Of a stretch of DNA of 64,000 nt, positions 1 to 9,272 are shown in pieces. Both the position numbers and the translations under genes were made by a program. The notes under the pieces are model-generated. The model saw only the letters and a program-made list of their open reading frames with translations, made no database searches and was not told where the DNA came from. The stretch's first letter is position 1. Every line of letters begins with the position of its first letter. Source of the DNA: an uncultured Lewinella sp. (GTDB lineage: Bacteria; Bacteroidota; Bacteroidia; Chitinophagales; Saprospiraceae); contig OY764630.1 of NCBI GenBank assembly GCA_963668285.1, positions 2,232 to 66,231 on the forward strand. Direction: 5' to 3'.

Positions 1-1212
1 AAACCCACCATTTCCGGCTTTTCCGCCGCTCACCTCCCCTTCGGCATCTTCAGCACATCGGCACGCAGCCCCCGCGTCGGCGTCGCTTACCAAGACTGGA
101 TCATCGATATGACGGCGCTGGCCGAGACGGGTATTTTTGCCTTCGACACCAGCGTATTTTACGAATCCACCCTCAACGCCTTCATCGCATTAGGCAAAGA
201 CGTGACAATTTTTGCGAGGACGCAGGTGCAAGGGTTTTTAAGTAAAGAGCAAGACATCCCCCCCGCCGGCAACGAACTGTTCGTGGACCGCAAGACCGCC
301 CGCCTGCACCTCCCCCTGGCAATCGGCGACTATACGGACTTCTACTCCAGCCGCGAACACGCCGAAAACGTCGGCAAGCTGTTCCGTGACCCGGAGAACG
401 CCCTGCTCCCCAACTGGCGCCACCTGCCGGTAGGCTACCACGGCCGTGCCAGCTCCATCGTCGTGAGCGGCACGGACATCCGCCGCCCCAAAGGCCAGGT
501 CAAACCCAACCGCTACCCTACCCCCCGCTACGAACCTACCTCTCGGCTCGATTTCGAACTGGAGCTCGCCTTCGTTATCGGTAAGGACTCTCAGCTGGGC
601 CGGCCCGTTCCCATCGTCGAAGCGGAGGACTACATCTTCGGCGTGGCCCTGTTCAACGACTGGTCCGCAAGGGATATTCAGAAGTGGGAATACGTACCGC
701 TCGGGCCGTTCCTGGGCAAGAATTTCGCCTCGTCCATCAGCCCCTGGATCACCCCGCTCGAAGCCCTTTCCGAGCACCGCGCCCCCGGCCCGCCGCAGGA
801 GCCGGCCCCGCTGGAGTACCTGTTGACCCCAAACCGGTACAACTTAGATATTCAATTGGAGGTAAAGCTGACCACCGCTAACGGGCATGGAAAGATCCTC
901 TCCCGTTCCAATGCGAAGCACCTCTACTGGAGCATGGCGCAACAGTTGGCTCACCACACCGTAAATGGCTGTAATATGCGGGTGGGTGACGTCCTGGCCT
1001 CCGGCACCATCAGCGGCCCGGATGAGTTCAGCTACGGCTCCTTACTGGAATTATCCAAGGGTGGCAGAAGCCCGATCAATATTGCCCCCGGCGTAGATCG
1101 GACTTTCCTGGAAGACGGAGATATTTTGACGCTCTCCGCCTGGGCGGGGGAAGGCGGCGGCCGTATCCAACTCGGCGAAGTGGTTGGTACGGTACTCCCC
1201 GCGATACTATAA
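1..1212 (+). CDS. fahA: Fumarylacetoacetase (5'-truncated by window edge)
   Basis: Frame is open from base 1 (KPTISGFSAAHLPFGIFS...). Motifs GDYTDFYSSREHA, LPVGYHGRASS, LDFELE, NDWSARDIQ, LGPFLGKNF and SGTISG are present. Confidence 0.95.
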   Translation, partial: KPTISGFSAAHLPFGIFSTSARSPRVGVAYQDWIIDMTALAETGIFAFDTSVFYESTLNAFIALGKDVTIFARTQVQGFLSKEQDIPPAGNELFVDRKTARLHLPLAIGDYTDFYSSREHAENVGKLFRDPENALLPNWRHLPVGYHGRASSIVVSGTDIRRPKGQVKPNRYPTPRYEPTSRLDFELELAFVIGKDSQLGRPVPIVEAEDYIFGVALFNDWSARDIQKWEYVPLGPFLGKNFASSISPWITPLEALSEHRAPGPPQEPAPLEYLLTPNRYNLDIQLEVKLTTANGHGKILSRSNAKHLYWSMAQQLAHHTVNGCNMRVGDVLASGTISGPDEFSYGSLLELSKGGRSPINIAPGVDRTFLEDGDILTLSAWAGEGGGRIQLGEVVGTVLPAIL

Positions 1213-1278
1213 GTAAACGAATTACCCTCCCAATCATTACCTTTCTAGCGAACTTGCACAAGCTACTAACTACACCCT

Positions 1279-2250
1279 ATGGAATTCCTGCTGAACAACC
1301 CCGCCCTCCTCTTCCTACTGCTGGGGGCGCTGTATATCTTTTTCTCGAGCTTCTTTATCGTTCAGCAGCAGACGATGGTCATCCTCGAACGCTTCGGGCG
1401 TTTCGCCTCCGTACGCGGCCCCGGGCTTCACCTGAAGTTCCCGTTGATCGACAAGGTGTCCGGTAAGATGAGCCTCCGCGTCCGCCAGCTCGACGTCAAC
1501 GTGGAGACCAAGACCAAAGACAACGTATTCGTAAAGCTCAAAGTGAGCGTGCAATACGCCGTGGGGCGCGATTCCGTTTACGACGCCCACTACAAGCTCG
1601 ACCGCCCCGACGACCAGATCAACTCCTATATTTTTGACGTCGTCCGCGCGGAAGTACCGAAGATGATCCTCGACGACGTGTTCGTACGGAAGGACGATAT
1701 CGCTAACGCCATTAAGCACGAGCTACAGGAAGCGATGCAAGCTTACGGCTACAACATCGTCCGCGCCCTCGTTACCGACATCGACCCCGATAGCACGGTT
1801 AAGACCGCCATGAACCGCATCAACGCCGCCGAACGTGAAAAACTCGCCGCCGAGTACGAAGCGGAAGCCGACCGCATCCGCATCGTCGCTAAGGCTAAGG
1901 CAGAAGCCGAATCCAAGCGCCTCCAGGGTCAGGGTATCGCCGATCAGCGCCGGGAGATCGCCAAAGGCCTCGAAGAATCCGTGGACATCCTCAACTCCGT
2001 AGGCATCAACAGCCAGGAAGCCTCCGCCCTCATCGTCGTTACCCAGCACTACGATACCCTCCAGAGCATGGGCGAAAACGTCAACTCCAACCTCATCATG
2101 CTCCCCAACGCCCCGACCGCCGGTAGCGACATGCTCAGCCAGATGACCGCCAGCTTTATCGCCAGCCAGCAGATGGGCGAAGAAATGAAAGCCAGCTCGG
2201 AAGCACTTAAGCAGGCCAAAGTCAAGGAGAAGATCGCCCTACAGCGCTAG
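1279..2250 (+). CDS. SPFH/band 7 (stomatin/HflC-like) membrane scaffold protein
   Basis: N-terminal TM helix, ERFGRF, ETKTKDNVFV, and a C-terminal AxAEAE coiled coil. Confidence 0.92.
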   Translation: MEFLLNNPALLFLLLGALYIFFSSFFIVQQQTMVILERFGRFASVRGPGLHLKFPLIDKVSGKMSLRVRQLDVNVETKTKDNVFVKLKVSVQYAVGRDSVYDAHYKLDRPDDQINSYIFDVVRAEVPKMILDDVFVRKDDIANAIKHELQEAMQAYGYNIVRALVTDIDPDSTVKTAMNRINAAEREKLAAEYEAEADRIRIVAKAKAEAESKRLQGQGIADQRREIAKGLEESVDILNSVGINSQEASALIVVTQHYDTLQSMGENVNSNLIMLPNAPTAGSDMLSQMTASFIASQQMGEEMKASSEALKQAKVKEKIALQR

Positions 2251-2786
2251 TGCCCCCGTTTCACGTATTAGTTACCGGGCCGGAAAGCTCCGGAAAGTCT
2301 ACCCTCGCCGCGCAGCTTGCAGAGCAGCTTGGTGGTCGATTGGTGCCCGAATATGCGCGTGCGTACCTAGCCACCCACGGTTTGGCGTACGAGCGGGATG
2401 ACCTTTCCAAAATCCTAGCGGGGCAGCTAGCGGCAGAAAAGGAAGCGCTGAATTCAGCTGCCAAAGTGATCGTATCCGATACCGGCCCGGAGGTGCTTTT
2501 TATCTGGTCCCAAGAGAAATACGGTGCCGTTGCCGGGGCTATTTTGGAAGCCGTGGCAGGTATGCACTACGACCTCATCCTCCTCTGTTACCCGGAATAC
2601 GCCTGGGAACCGGACCCCCAACGGGAGCATCCCGCCCTCGCCGATCGATTACGTCTTTGGGAAGCGTACCGTCGCTTGCTTGTTTCAACCGCCCTACCGC
2701 TATGTGATCTTTCACCCCGGTCAAGAGCCGACGGTGCCTCGCAGTTGCAGCAGGCACTCAGGTACGTCGAGTTGCACCTGGGTTGA
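2250..2786 (+). CDS. NadR-like AAA_28 family kinase (nicotinamide riboside kinase-like)
   Basis: P-loop TGPESSGKST, VPEYARAYL, SDT, WEPDPQRE. The GTG start overlaps the SPFH stop by 1 nt. Confidence 0.85.
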   Translation: MPPFHVLVTGPESSGKSTLAAQLAEQLGGRLVPEYARAYLATHGLAYERDDLSKILAGQLAAEKEALNSAAKVIVSDTGPEVLFIWSQEKYGAVAGAILEAVAGMHYDLILLCYPEYAWEPDPQREHPALADRLRLWEAYRRLLVSTALPLCDLSPRSRADGASQLQQALRYVELHLG

Positions 2787-2792
2787 TTGTTT

Positions 2793-2895
2793 GTTTCGTA
2801 CGGAGGAAAACGGCGGAGCGGAGAAAAACGGAGGCAAACGTGAAGTGCTAACCGCCTCCGTCTTCCTCTGCCCCTCTGTTTTCCTCTGCGAGAAC
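2793..2895. repeat. Palindromic REP/REPIN-like element, copy 1
   Basis: Left arm gtttcgtacggaggaaaacggcggagcggagaaaaacggaggc is imperfectly complementary to right arm gcctccgtcttcctctgcccctctgttttcctctgcgagaac. It is similar to 15889-15992 and lies between convergent genes. Confidence 0.85.
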
Positions 2896-2918
2896 CCCGA
2901 CCACCCCTAGAATACCTC

Positions 2919-4172
2919 TCACTCCCCAAAAGTCCGGCCAGCCTCCCGAGCAACCATAGCATTCAAGACGAATTGATAGCCTAACAGCCCGAAGGCGGCC
3001 ACCATCAGAACCGTCCCGTTTGGCAGGAAAATACCGATTAGCCCGCAAACTCCGATAGCGACCGTGAACAACAGCAGGTTGCGCTTTTGCTTCTCATCGT
3101 TCGGGCGCAGGAAGCTACCTAGTGGAATCATCATTGCCGCACTGAGTACCGCGAGTAAGAGCAGCTGCTCGCTATCGGTGATCAAGTACCCTAGGCCGCA
3201 GAGAATAGCAATACCCAAGGCCGCACCCACCGATTTTGCCATGACCTTATCGTCCCGGTCCAGCAGCAGGCGGCCGTAGGGGTTGGTCAGGAGATAGAAA
3301 TTCATCAGCGGGGTGATTACCCAACTGAGTACGAAGGCCGCGACGGCGACGTAGATGATCGGGTTGATGAACACGGCCAGGCCAGGGTTGCTATTCGCCA
3401 GACCGCGTAGCGCCCTTACCCCCAGCCAGAGCCCGAAGATGACGGCGTAGGCCGCACCACCCGACAGGCGAGACATCGCCTGGGTATACTTAAAGTACAG
3501 TTTGTACACCGGGTTACGTGCCTTAAGGCATTCGAGCATGACGTAGCGGGCCATGTCGTTCTGCGGGTTCAGGCTGAGGGCGTACTTGGCGCGTTCCAGC
3601 GCTTCTCTGTGCTTACCCTGGCTGAGTAGGGAGTAGGCGTGTTGCGCGATGGTGTAGGGATCTTCCGGGGCTAGGTTCAGCGCGTCTTCCACCGTGGCGG
3701 CTACGTTCTCACGGCCGAGCAGGCTTTCGGTGAAGATCTTGAGGTTGAGGGCCTCTGAGTTCTCGGGCTCGATGGCGAGGGCTTCGTCGGCGTAGTGGAG
3801 GACGCCATCGTAATTGCGTTGGGCCATTTTAACGCGGGCCATCAGGGTGTAGGCGTTCTCGTCGCGGGCGTCCATATCAAGCAGGGTGCGGGCGTAGCGC
3901 TCGGCGATGGCGGGTTTGTCGTCCATCAATTCTACGCTTGCGGCCAGGTAGAGGACGGTCGGGTTATCGGGGTGCTCCTGGATGATGGGCTCTAGGACGT
4001 GGCGCGCGCGCTTCTTGTCACCGGTTTGCGCGAGTACGCTAACGTAATTGATCTGGGCGTAGACGTCGTCCGGCTTATCGCTCAGGTAAGTTTCCAATAA
4101 GTCCTTGGCCTCCTGGTGACGGTCTTGCCCGAGCAGAATTTGGAGGCGTTGTTGAAGGGCGTTGGATTGCAC
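2919..4172 (-). CDS. TPR-repeat protein with C-terminal multi-pass membrane domain
   Basis: About 230 aa of TPR-like repeats (EAL..EPEN.EA, AL.L.PED, AL.LNPQN) followed by about 6 hydrophobic helices. Confidence 0.85.
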   Translation of the reverse strand: MQSNALQQRLQILLGQDRHQEAKDLLETYLSDKPDDVYAQINYVSVLAQTGDKKRARHVLEPIIQEHPDNPTVLYLAASVELMDDKPAIAERYARTLLDMDARDENAYTLMARVKMAQRNYDGVLHYADEALAIEPENSEALNLKIFTESLLGRENVAATVEDALNLAPEDPYTIAQHAYSLLSQGKHREALERAKYALSLNPQNDMARYVMLECLKARNPVYKLYFKYTQAMSRLSGGAAYAVIFGLWLGVRALRGLANSNPGLAVFINPIIYVAVAAFVLSWVITPLMNFYLLTNPYGRLLLDRDDKVMAKSVGAALGIAILCGLGYLITDSEQLLLLAVLSAAMMIPLGSFLRPNDEKQKRNLLLFTVAIGVCGLIGIFLPNGTVLMVAAFGLLGYQFVLNAMVAREAGRTFGE

Positions 4173-4197
4173 GTAGTCGCGGGCTTAGGGGTGAAGG

Positions 4198-5502
4198 TCA
4201 CTTAAGGTAAGTCAGAATATCGTCGTATAGGCCACCCTTATTCGCGAAGGTGGCGTAATTACGCGCGGTGTTGAACCATTCGCTGGTGGAGGGGCGGTGC
4301 CGGTCTACCGCTTTGAGCAGGTCCTTGGTCTCGATGGGCCGGGGGGTACCCGTTCGCATGGCCTCCTCGAGGATTTCTTCGACGGCAATGTCGATCACGG
4401 CGTTAAGATCGGCTCCGGAGTAATCCTTGGTGCGCCCGGCTACCTTGGCGTAGTCGATACGGCCGAGGGGTTTGCCCCGGAGCTTCAGTTCCAGGATGGT
4501 CGCGCGGCCGGCCGGGTCGGGGGGCGGCACGAAGATGATGCGGTCGAACCTCCCCGGGCGGCGGAAGGCGGTATCGAGGTGCCAGGGGACGTTGGTAGCG
4601 CCGATGATCAGGATGCCGTCGTTGGCCGCCTCGATGCCGTCCAGCTCCGCCAGGAACTGGTTGATGAGGTTACGCCCGGCGGTCTGCCGCATGTCGGATC
4701 TTTTGGCCCCCAGGGCGTCCACTTCATCGAAAAACAGTACGCAGGGGGCTTTGCGGCGGGCCAGGTCGAAGTACTCGGCGAGTTGCTTTTCGGAGTTACC
4801 GACCCACATATCCAGCACATCGTTCAGCCCGACGCTGATGAAGCTGGCGTCGATCTGACCGGCGGTGGCGCGGGCGATGAAAGTCTTACCGCAGCCGGGG
4901 GGGCCGTAAAGAAGGATGCCCCCACCGACCTTCTTGCCGTAACTTTTGTAGAGGTCGGCGTGCTCGAGGGGTTTGATGATCTTGAGGTCGATCTCGCGCT
5001 TGACGCCGTCCATACCGCCTACGTCGCCGAAGTCGATCTCGGGGCGGGTGAGCAGGCGGTCGTCCCAGTCGTCTTCCTCCGCTTCGAAGTCGAAGTTGAC
5101 GCCTAGGCGGAAGTGGGCATCCAGCTCGTCGTCGGCTACGTCGGCGGCGTCTTCCACGGCGGCGCGGTAGACTTCACCGGCGCGGGTATCGTCGCCATCC
5201 TTCAGGTAACAGCGGGCAACGAGAACGCGGATGCGGGGGTGGAGCAGCACGGGGTCGTCGACATCCTCATAGATGATGAGGCAAGCCGAATATTTTTGCT
5301 GGCGGTAGTACACCTCGACGAGGTACTCCTTGAGGTCCATCGCGTAGGGCTCGCGGCGGATGAGGCCATTAAGCTGGGTTTCCAGTTCCCGGTCGTGGCC
5401 ACCGGCTTCGCGCAGTTTGTTGATGAGCAGGCGGGCGATGTAGGCGTTTTCGGGGGAAGCCTCCAGCGCTTTGCGCAGATCGTTGAGTTCTTGGTTGGCC
5501 AT
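4198..5502 (-). CDS. AAA family ATPase with N-terminal TPR-like domain
   Basis: Walker A GPPGCGKT, pore loop DMWVGNSEK, Walker B VLFFDE, SRH GATNVPWHLDTAFRRPGRFD. Confidence 0.92.
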   Translation of the reverse strand: MANQELNDLRKALEASPENAYIARLLINKLREAGGHDRELETQLNGLIRREPYAMDLKEYLVEVYYRQQKYSACLIIYEDVDDPVLLHPRIRVLVARCYLKDGDDTRAGEVYRAAVEDAADVADDELDAHFRLGVNFDFEAEEDDWDDRLLTRPEIDFGDVGGMDGVKREIDLKIIKPLEHADLYKSYGKKVGGGILLYGPPGCGKTFIARATAGQIDASFISVGLNDVLDMWVGNSEKQLAEYFDLARRKAPCVLFFDEVDALGAKRSDMRQTAGRNLINQFLAELDGIEAANDGILIIGATNVPWHLDTAFRRPGRFDRIIFVPPPDPAGRATILELKLRGKPLGRIDYAKVAGRTKDYSGADLNAVIDIAVEEILEEAMRTGTPRPIETKDLLKAVDRHRPSTSEWFNTARNYATFANKGGLYDDILTYLK

Positions 5503-5523
5503 TGCTGCCTGGATCGAGGTAGG

Positions 5524-6675
5524 TTAGGTAAGGAGGTCGTTACGGCGGATGATGCGTTCGAGGGCAACTTTGGTTCGGTAGCGCAGGCCGGCCATCCAGA
5601 ATCCGAACAGCGTCCAGCCGATGATGATGGGGTAGAATACCATGCGCATCGTGCTGTCCAGATCCTCGCCACCCAGGGCGGGGTTGCCGGCCGCACCGGG
5701 GTGTAGGCTATTCCCGGCCACCCGGGGGATGATGTAGATCAGGGGGATGAGGCAGACGAAAGCAAAGATGTTGTAGGCCGCCCCCAACCGGGCCTGCTGC
5801 TCCGGGTCGCGCAGCGCCGCCCGCAGTGCGAAGTAACCGCCATAGATCAGTAGTGCGATCAAGGTAGTGAACTGCTTGATGTCCCAGCTCCAGTAACTCC
5901 CCCAGGTGTACTTGGCCCAGAGTGCGCCCGTCAGCAGGCCGAGGATGCCGTACAGCATACCAACCGCCGTGAAGGCGACCGACCAGTAGTCCGCCCTATC
6001 GCGCAGGCTGACCTCCGTGACCGCGGCGAAGTTCGACTGCTTACTGCGGAGCAGGTACTTGATGGCGTAGACAACCGCCGCTATGAAAACGAACATCATG
6101 GCGAACCAGAGGCTGACGTGGAAGTAGGTATTGCGGATGGTCTCCCCCAGGATGCCCCGGTAGGGAAAGGTAATCGCCGCGTTCGGGTAGAGATCGCCCT
6201 TCGCGATGGCGCCGCTCTTCCAGCCCGCCTCGGCGGCGGACCGGCCGGCCGGCGTATCGTTTTGGCGGATGGTGATCCCGACGGCGTCTACGAAGCTTCC
6301 GTCGGTCGGGGTCGTGATCAACAGCGGATAGGTGCTGGCCTCCCCGGCGGCTACGTCCGTTTCGGGTACGTATGCCGGCACGTTGAAGGTGAAGTCCGCC
6401 CGCCGGTCGTCGTGCACGATGACCGAGGTGGCTTCCAATGCCAGGCCATCCCCTGCTCTTATCCACCCCCGCACTGCACCTGCGGTACTCGCCTTAGAAA
6501 ATTGTGTGTTGTAACCCGTTACTTGCAAGGTTACCTGCTCCCCCACCACCGCCGACCGCGGAGTCACGCTGGAGAGATTGGGCTTGAGCGGTACCAACAT
6601 TCCGGCGATTATTCCGTACAGTACCAGCAGTACCCCGAGCAGCTTCCACCAGTGCCTGCGCATCATTTTCTCCAT
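5524..6675 (-). CDS. ccmC: Cytochrome c biogenesis heme-handling protein (CcmC/CcsA family) with inserted periplasmic Ig-like domain
   Basis: WWD motif GALWAKYTWGSYWSWD and flanking His ligands YFHV and SLHP. Start set at the ATG at 6675, just after a TATCTTTG element. Confidence 0.8.
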   Translation of the reverse strand: MEKMMRRHWWKLLGVLLVLYGIIAGMLVPLKPNLSSVTPRSAVVGEQVTLQVTGYNTQFSKASTAGAVRGWIRAGDGLALEATSVIVHDDRRADFTFNVPAYVPETDVAAGEASTYPLLITTPTDGSFVDAVGITIRQNDTPAGRSAAEAGWKSGAIAKGDLYPNAAITFPYRGILGETIRNTYFHVSLWFAMMFVFIAAVVYAIKYLLRSKQSNFAAVTEVSLRDRADYWSVAFTAVGMLYGILGLLTGALWAKYTWGSYWSWDIKQFTTLIALLIYGGYFALRAALRDPEQQARLGAAYNIFAFVCLIPLIYIIPRVAGNSLHPGAAGNPALGGEDLDSTMRMVFYPIIIGWTLFGFWMAGLRYRTKVALERIIRRNDLLT

Positions 6676-6721
6676 CGTGCAAAGATAGCTGCCCATTTTT
6701 GCGCCGTGTCAACCCAATATC

Positions 6722-8764
6722 ATGACTGAACCAAAAGCGAAACAACGAGCCAAAACGCTCACCCTGCACGACCACGAACGGACGGACAATTACTACTGGC
6801 TAAAGGATAGAGAAGATCCGGAAGTCATCAGCTACCTGGAGCAAGAAAATGCGTGGTTCCGGCACCGCACGCGGGATCAGGAGGCGCTGCGCGAGGAGCT
6901 CTACGAAGAGATAAAGGGGCGGATCAAGGAGGACGATCAGAGTGTACCCTATACCTTTCGTGGCTATGAATATCAGACGAAGTACGAGACTGGCGATCAA
7001 TACCCTAGGTACTTCCGCCGGAAGCTGGATCAAACGGCGCCGGAGTCGCTACTGGACGTAAACGAACTCGCCGAGCCGCACGATTATTACAAAGTCGGCG
7101 GGCTGACCGTGAGCGACGATAATCGCTACCTGGCCTACGGGGAGGATACGGTAAGCCGGCGTATCTACACCATCCGTATCAAGGACCTGCTAACGGGCCA
7201 TTACCTGCCCGACGTCATCCCGAACACCACCGGCGGCTCGACCTGGAGCGCGGACGGGAAGTACCTGTTTTACTCCGTCAAGGATGAAACGCTACGGCCA
7301 TATAAGATCCTGCGCCACGAGCTGGGCACCGCCCCGCAGGACGACGTGACGATCTACGAAGAGCGGGATGAGACCTTTCGGGCCTTCGTGTACCGCAGTA
7401 AATCGCGCAAGTACATCATTCTTGGCGCGGCGCAGACAGTGAGTAACGAGTACTACTTGCTCGACGCGGAGAAGCCTCTGGACGAGCCGCGCTTGTTTCA
7501 GGCCCGCGAGCGCCACCTCGAGTACGGCATCGCCCACATCGACGACCGTTTCTACGTACTCACCAACCTGAACGCCCGCAACTTTCAACTGATGGTGACC
7601 CCGGAGGGGGCGACCGGGAAGGAGCACTGGACGACGGTCATCCCGAACCGGGAGGATACGCTGCTGGAAGGCGTGGAGCTATTCGAGCACTACCTCGTGC
7701 TTTCGGAGCGGCGGCGCGGTTTGACGGAGTTGCGGGTGTTGGGTGTCGGCGCCGAGATCGATTACTACCTGGAGTTCACCGATGAGGCGTATATGGTGTA
7801 TACCGGCAAGAACCCGGAGTTCGCGACGCACACGCTGCGGTTCGGCTACCAGTCGATGACTACTCCCGCCTCTACCTTCGACGTGGATATGCGTACGAAA
7901 GAGCGTACGCTACTCAAGCAGCAGCCGGTGCTGGGGGAGTTCGACCCGCAAGACTACGTGAGCGAACGGCGCTTTTCGGTCAGTCGTGACGGGACGGAGG
8001 TGCCCCTGAGTATCGTGTATAAAGCGGGTGGCAAAAAGGACGGCTCCGCCCCGCTGTTGCTATACGCCTACGGCAGTTACGGGCATAGCCTCGACCCCTA
8101 CTTCAGCGTGGCGCGGCTGAGCCTGCTGAATCGTGGCTTTATCTTCGTCATCGCGCACATCCGTGGCGGAGAGGAAATGGGGCGACGTTGGTACGAGGAT
8201 GGTAAGCTGCTGAACAAGCGGAACACCTTCAACGACTTCGTCGACGCCGGCGAATGGCTGGTCCGCAGCGGTTATACGAGCGCCGACCGGCTGTTCGCGA
8301 TGGGTGGAAGCGCCGGGGGGCTGCTGATGGGCGTCGTGGCCAACGAGCGGCCCGATCTGTGGGCGGGCGTGGTCGCCCAGGTACCTTTCGTGGACGTGGT
8401 GACGACGATGCTGGATGATTCCATCCCGCTGACCACGGGTGAATACGACGAGTGGGGTAACCCGAACGTGAAGGAATACTACGAGTACATCCTGGGGTAC
8501 AGCCCTTACGATCGGGTCAAAGCGCAAGGGTATCCGAATATGCTCATCACGACCGGCCTGCACGACAGCCAGGTACAATACTGGGAGCCGGCCAAGTGGA
8601 TCGCCAAGCTGCGGGAGCTGCGCACTAACGAAGCCGAACTGGTGCTGTACACTAACATGGAAGCCGGCCACGGTGGCGCCTCCGGGCGGTTCGAGGCCAT
8701 TCGGGAAGTAGCGCGTGATTACGCCTGGGTGTTATCAATGGCGCCGCGTGCGGAGGCAAAGTAG
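6722..8764 (+). CDS. ptrB: Oligopeptidase B (S9A family)
   Basis: DNYYWLKD N-terminus, GGSAGGLL catalytic Ser, HDSQV Asp, AGHGG His, LTTGEYDEWGNP. Confidence 0.93.
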   Translation: MTEPKAKQRAKTLTLHDHERTDNYYWLKDREDPEVISYLEQENAWFRHRTRDQEALREELYEEIKGRIKEDDQSVPYTFRGYEYQTKYETGDQYPRYFRRKLDQTAPESLLDVNELAEPHDYYKVGGLTVSDDNRYLAYGEDTVSRRIYTIRIKDLLTGHYLPDVIPNTTGGSTWSADGKYLFYSVKDETLRPYKILRHELGTAPQDDVTIYEERDETFRAFVYRSKSRKYIILGAAQTVSNEYYLLDAEKPLDEPRLFQARERHLEYGIAHIDDRFYVLTNLNARNFQLMVTPEGATGKEHWTTVIPNREDTLLEGVELFEHYLVLSERRRGLTELRVLGVGAEIDYYLEFTDEAYMVYTGKNPEFATHTLRFGYQSMTTPASTFDVDMRTKERTLLKQQPVLGEFDPQDYVSERRFSVSRDGTEVPLSIVYKAGGKKDGSAPLLLYAYGSYGHSLDPYFSVARLSLLNRGFIFVIAHIRGGEEMGRRWYEDGKLLNKRNTFNDFVDAGEWLVRSGYTSADRLFAMGGSAGGLLMGVVANERPDLWAGVVAQVPFVDVVTTMLDDSIPLTTGEYDEWGNPNVKEYYEYILGYSPYDRVKAQGYPNMLITTGLHDSQVQYWEPAKWIAKLRELRTNEAELVLYTNMEAGHGGASGRFEAIREVARDYAWVLSMAPRAEAK

Positions 8765-8814
8765 AACACAGTTGGTAGCGCTGCGTTAAATGCAATAACC
8801 AGCATTAGCAAACT

Positions 8815-9132
8815 ATGTACTTACTCTACGATACCAGCCTCGCGGCCGATTGGCCCTACTTACTCGCTATCCTCGTCATTATTGGCGGGGTCGTGCTCTA
8901 CTATCAGAAAGCTAAAAAGGATCAGATAGAACTGAAGGAAGCCGAGCACGATGCTTACAGCCATACGGTGAACGACTCTAACTACAACATTGACCGAGAG
9001 GGGATTGACGGCCACCGGGCTAAAAACCTGTCTAAGGACGAAGCCAAGCGGGCGGTCGACCAGCTGAAGGCGACCGGGCAGGTGCCCAGCCGGGAGGAAT
9101 TCCAGGATTTGAAGAAAGATCTCGATCGGTAG
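8815..9132 (+). CDS. Hypothetical small single-pass membrane protein
   Basis: 105 aa with one TM helix (WPYLLAILVIIGGVVLYY) and a charged tail. A-rich leader, typical codon usage, followed by a terminator. Confidence 0.7.
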   Translation: MYLLYDTSLAADWPYLLAILVIIGGVVLYYQKAKKDQIELKEAEHDAYSHTVNDSNYNIDREGIDGHRAKNLSKDEAKRAVDQLKATGQVPSREEFQDLKKDLDR

Positions 9133-9155
9133 GTAGCTCGCTAGCTTACCTTCGC

Positions 9156-9198
9156 GGTGGCCAAAACCCAGTACCGGGTTTTGGCCGCCTTTATTTTT
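9156..9198 (+). terminator. Intrinsic terminator
   Basis: Hairpin ggtggccaaaaccc-agtacc-gggttttggccgcc followed by tttattttt. Confidence 0.8.
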
Positions 9199-9272
9199 AG
9201 GAATACTTAATGGTAAGGTCGGGTACGCTAGGCGTTATAAAAGCGTCCTAATATTAGCCCCCCGAAGATCGA

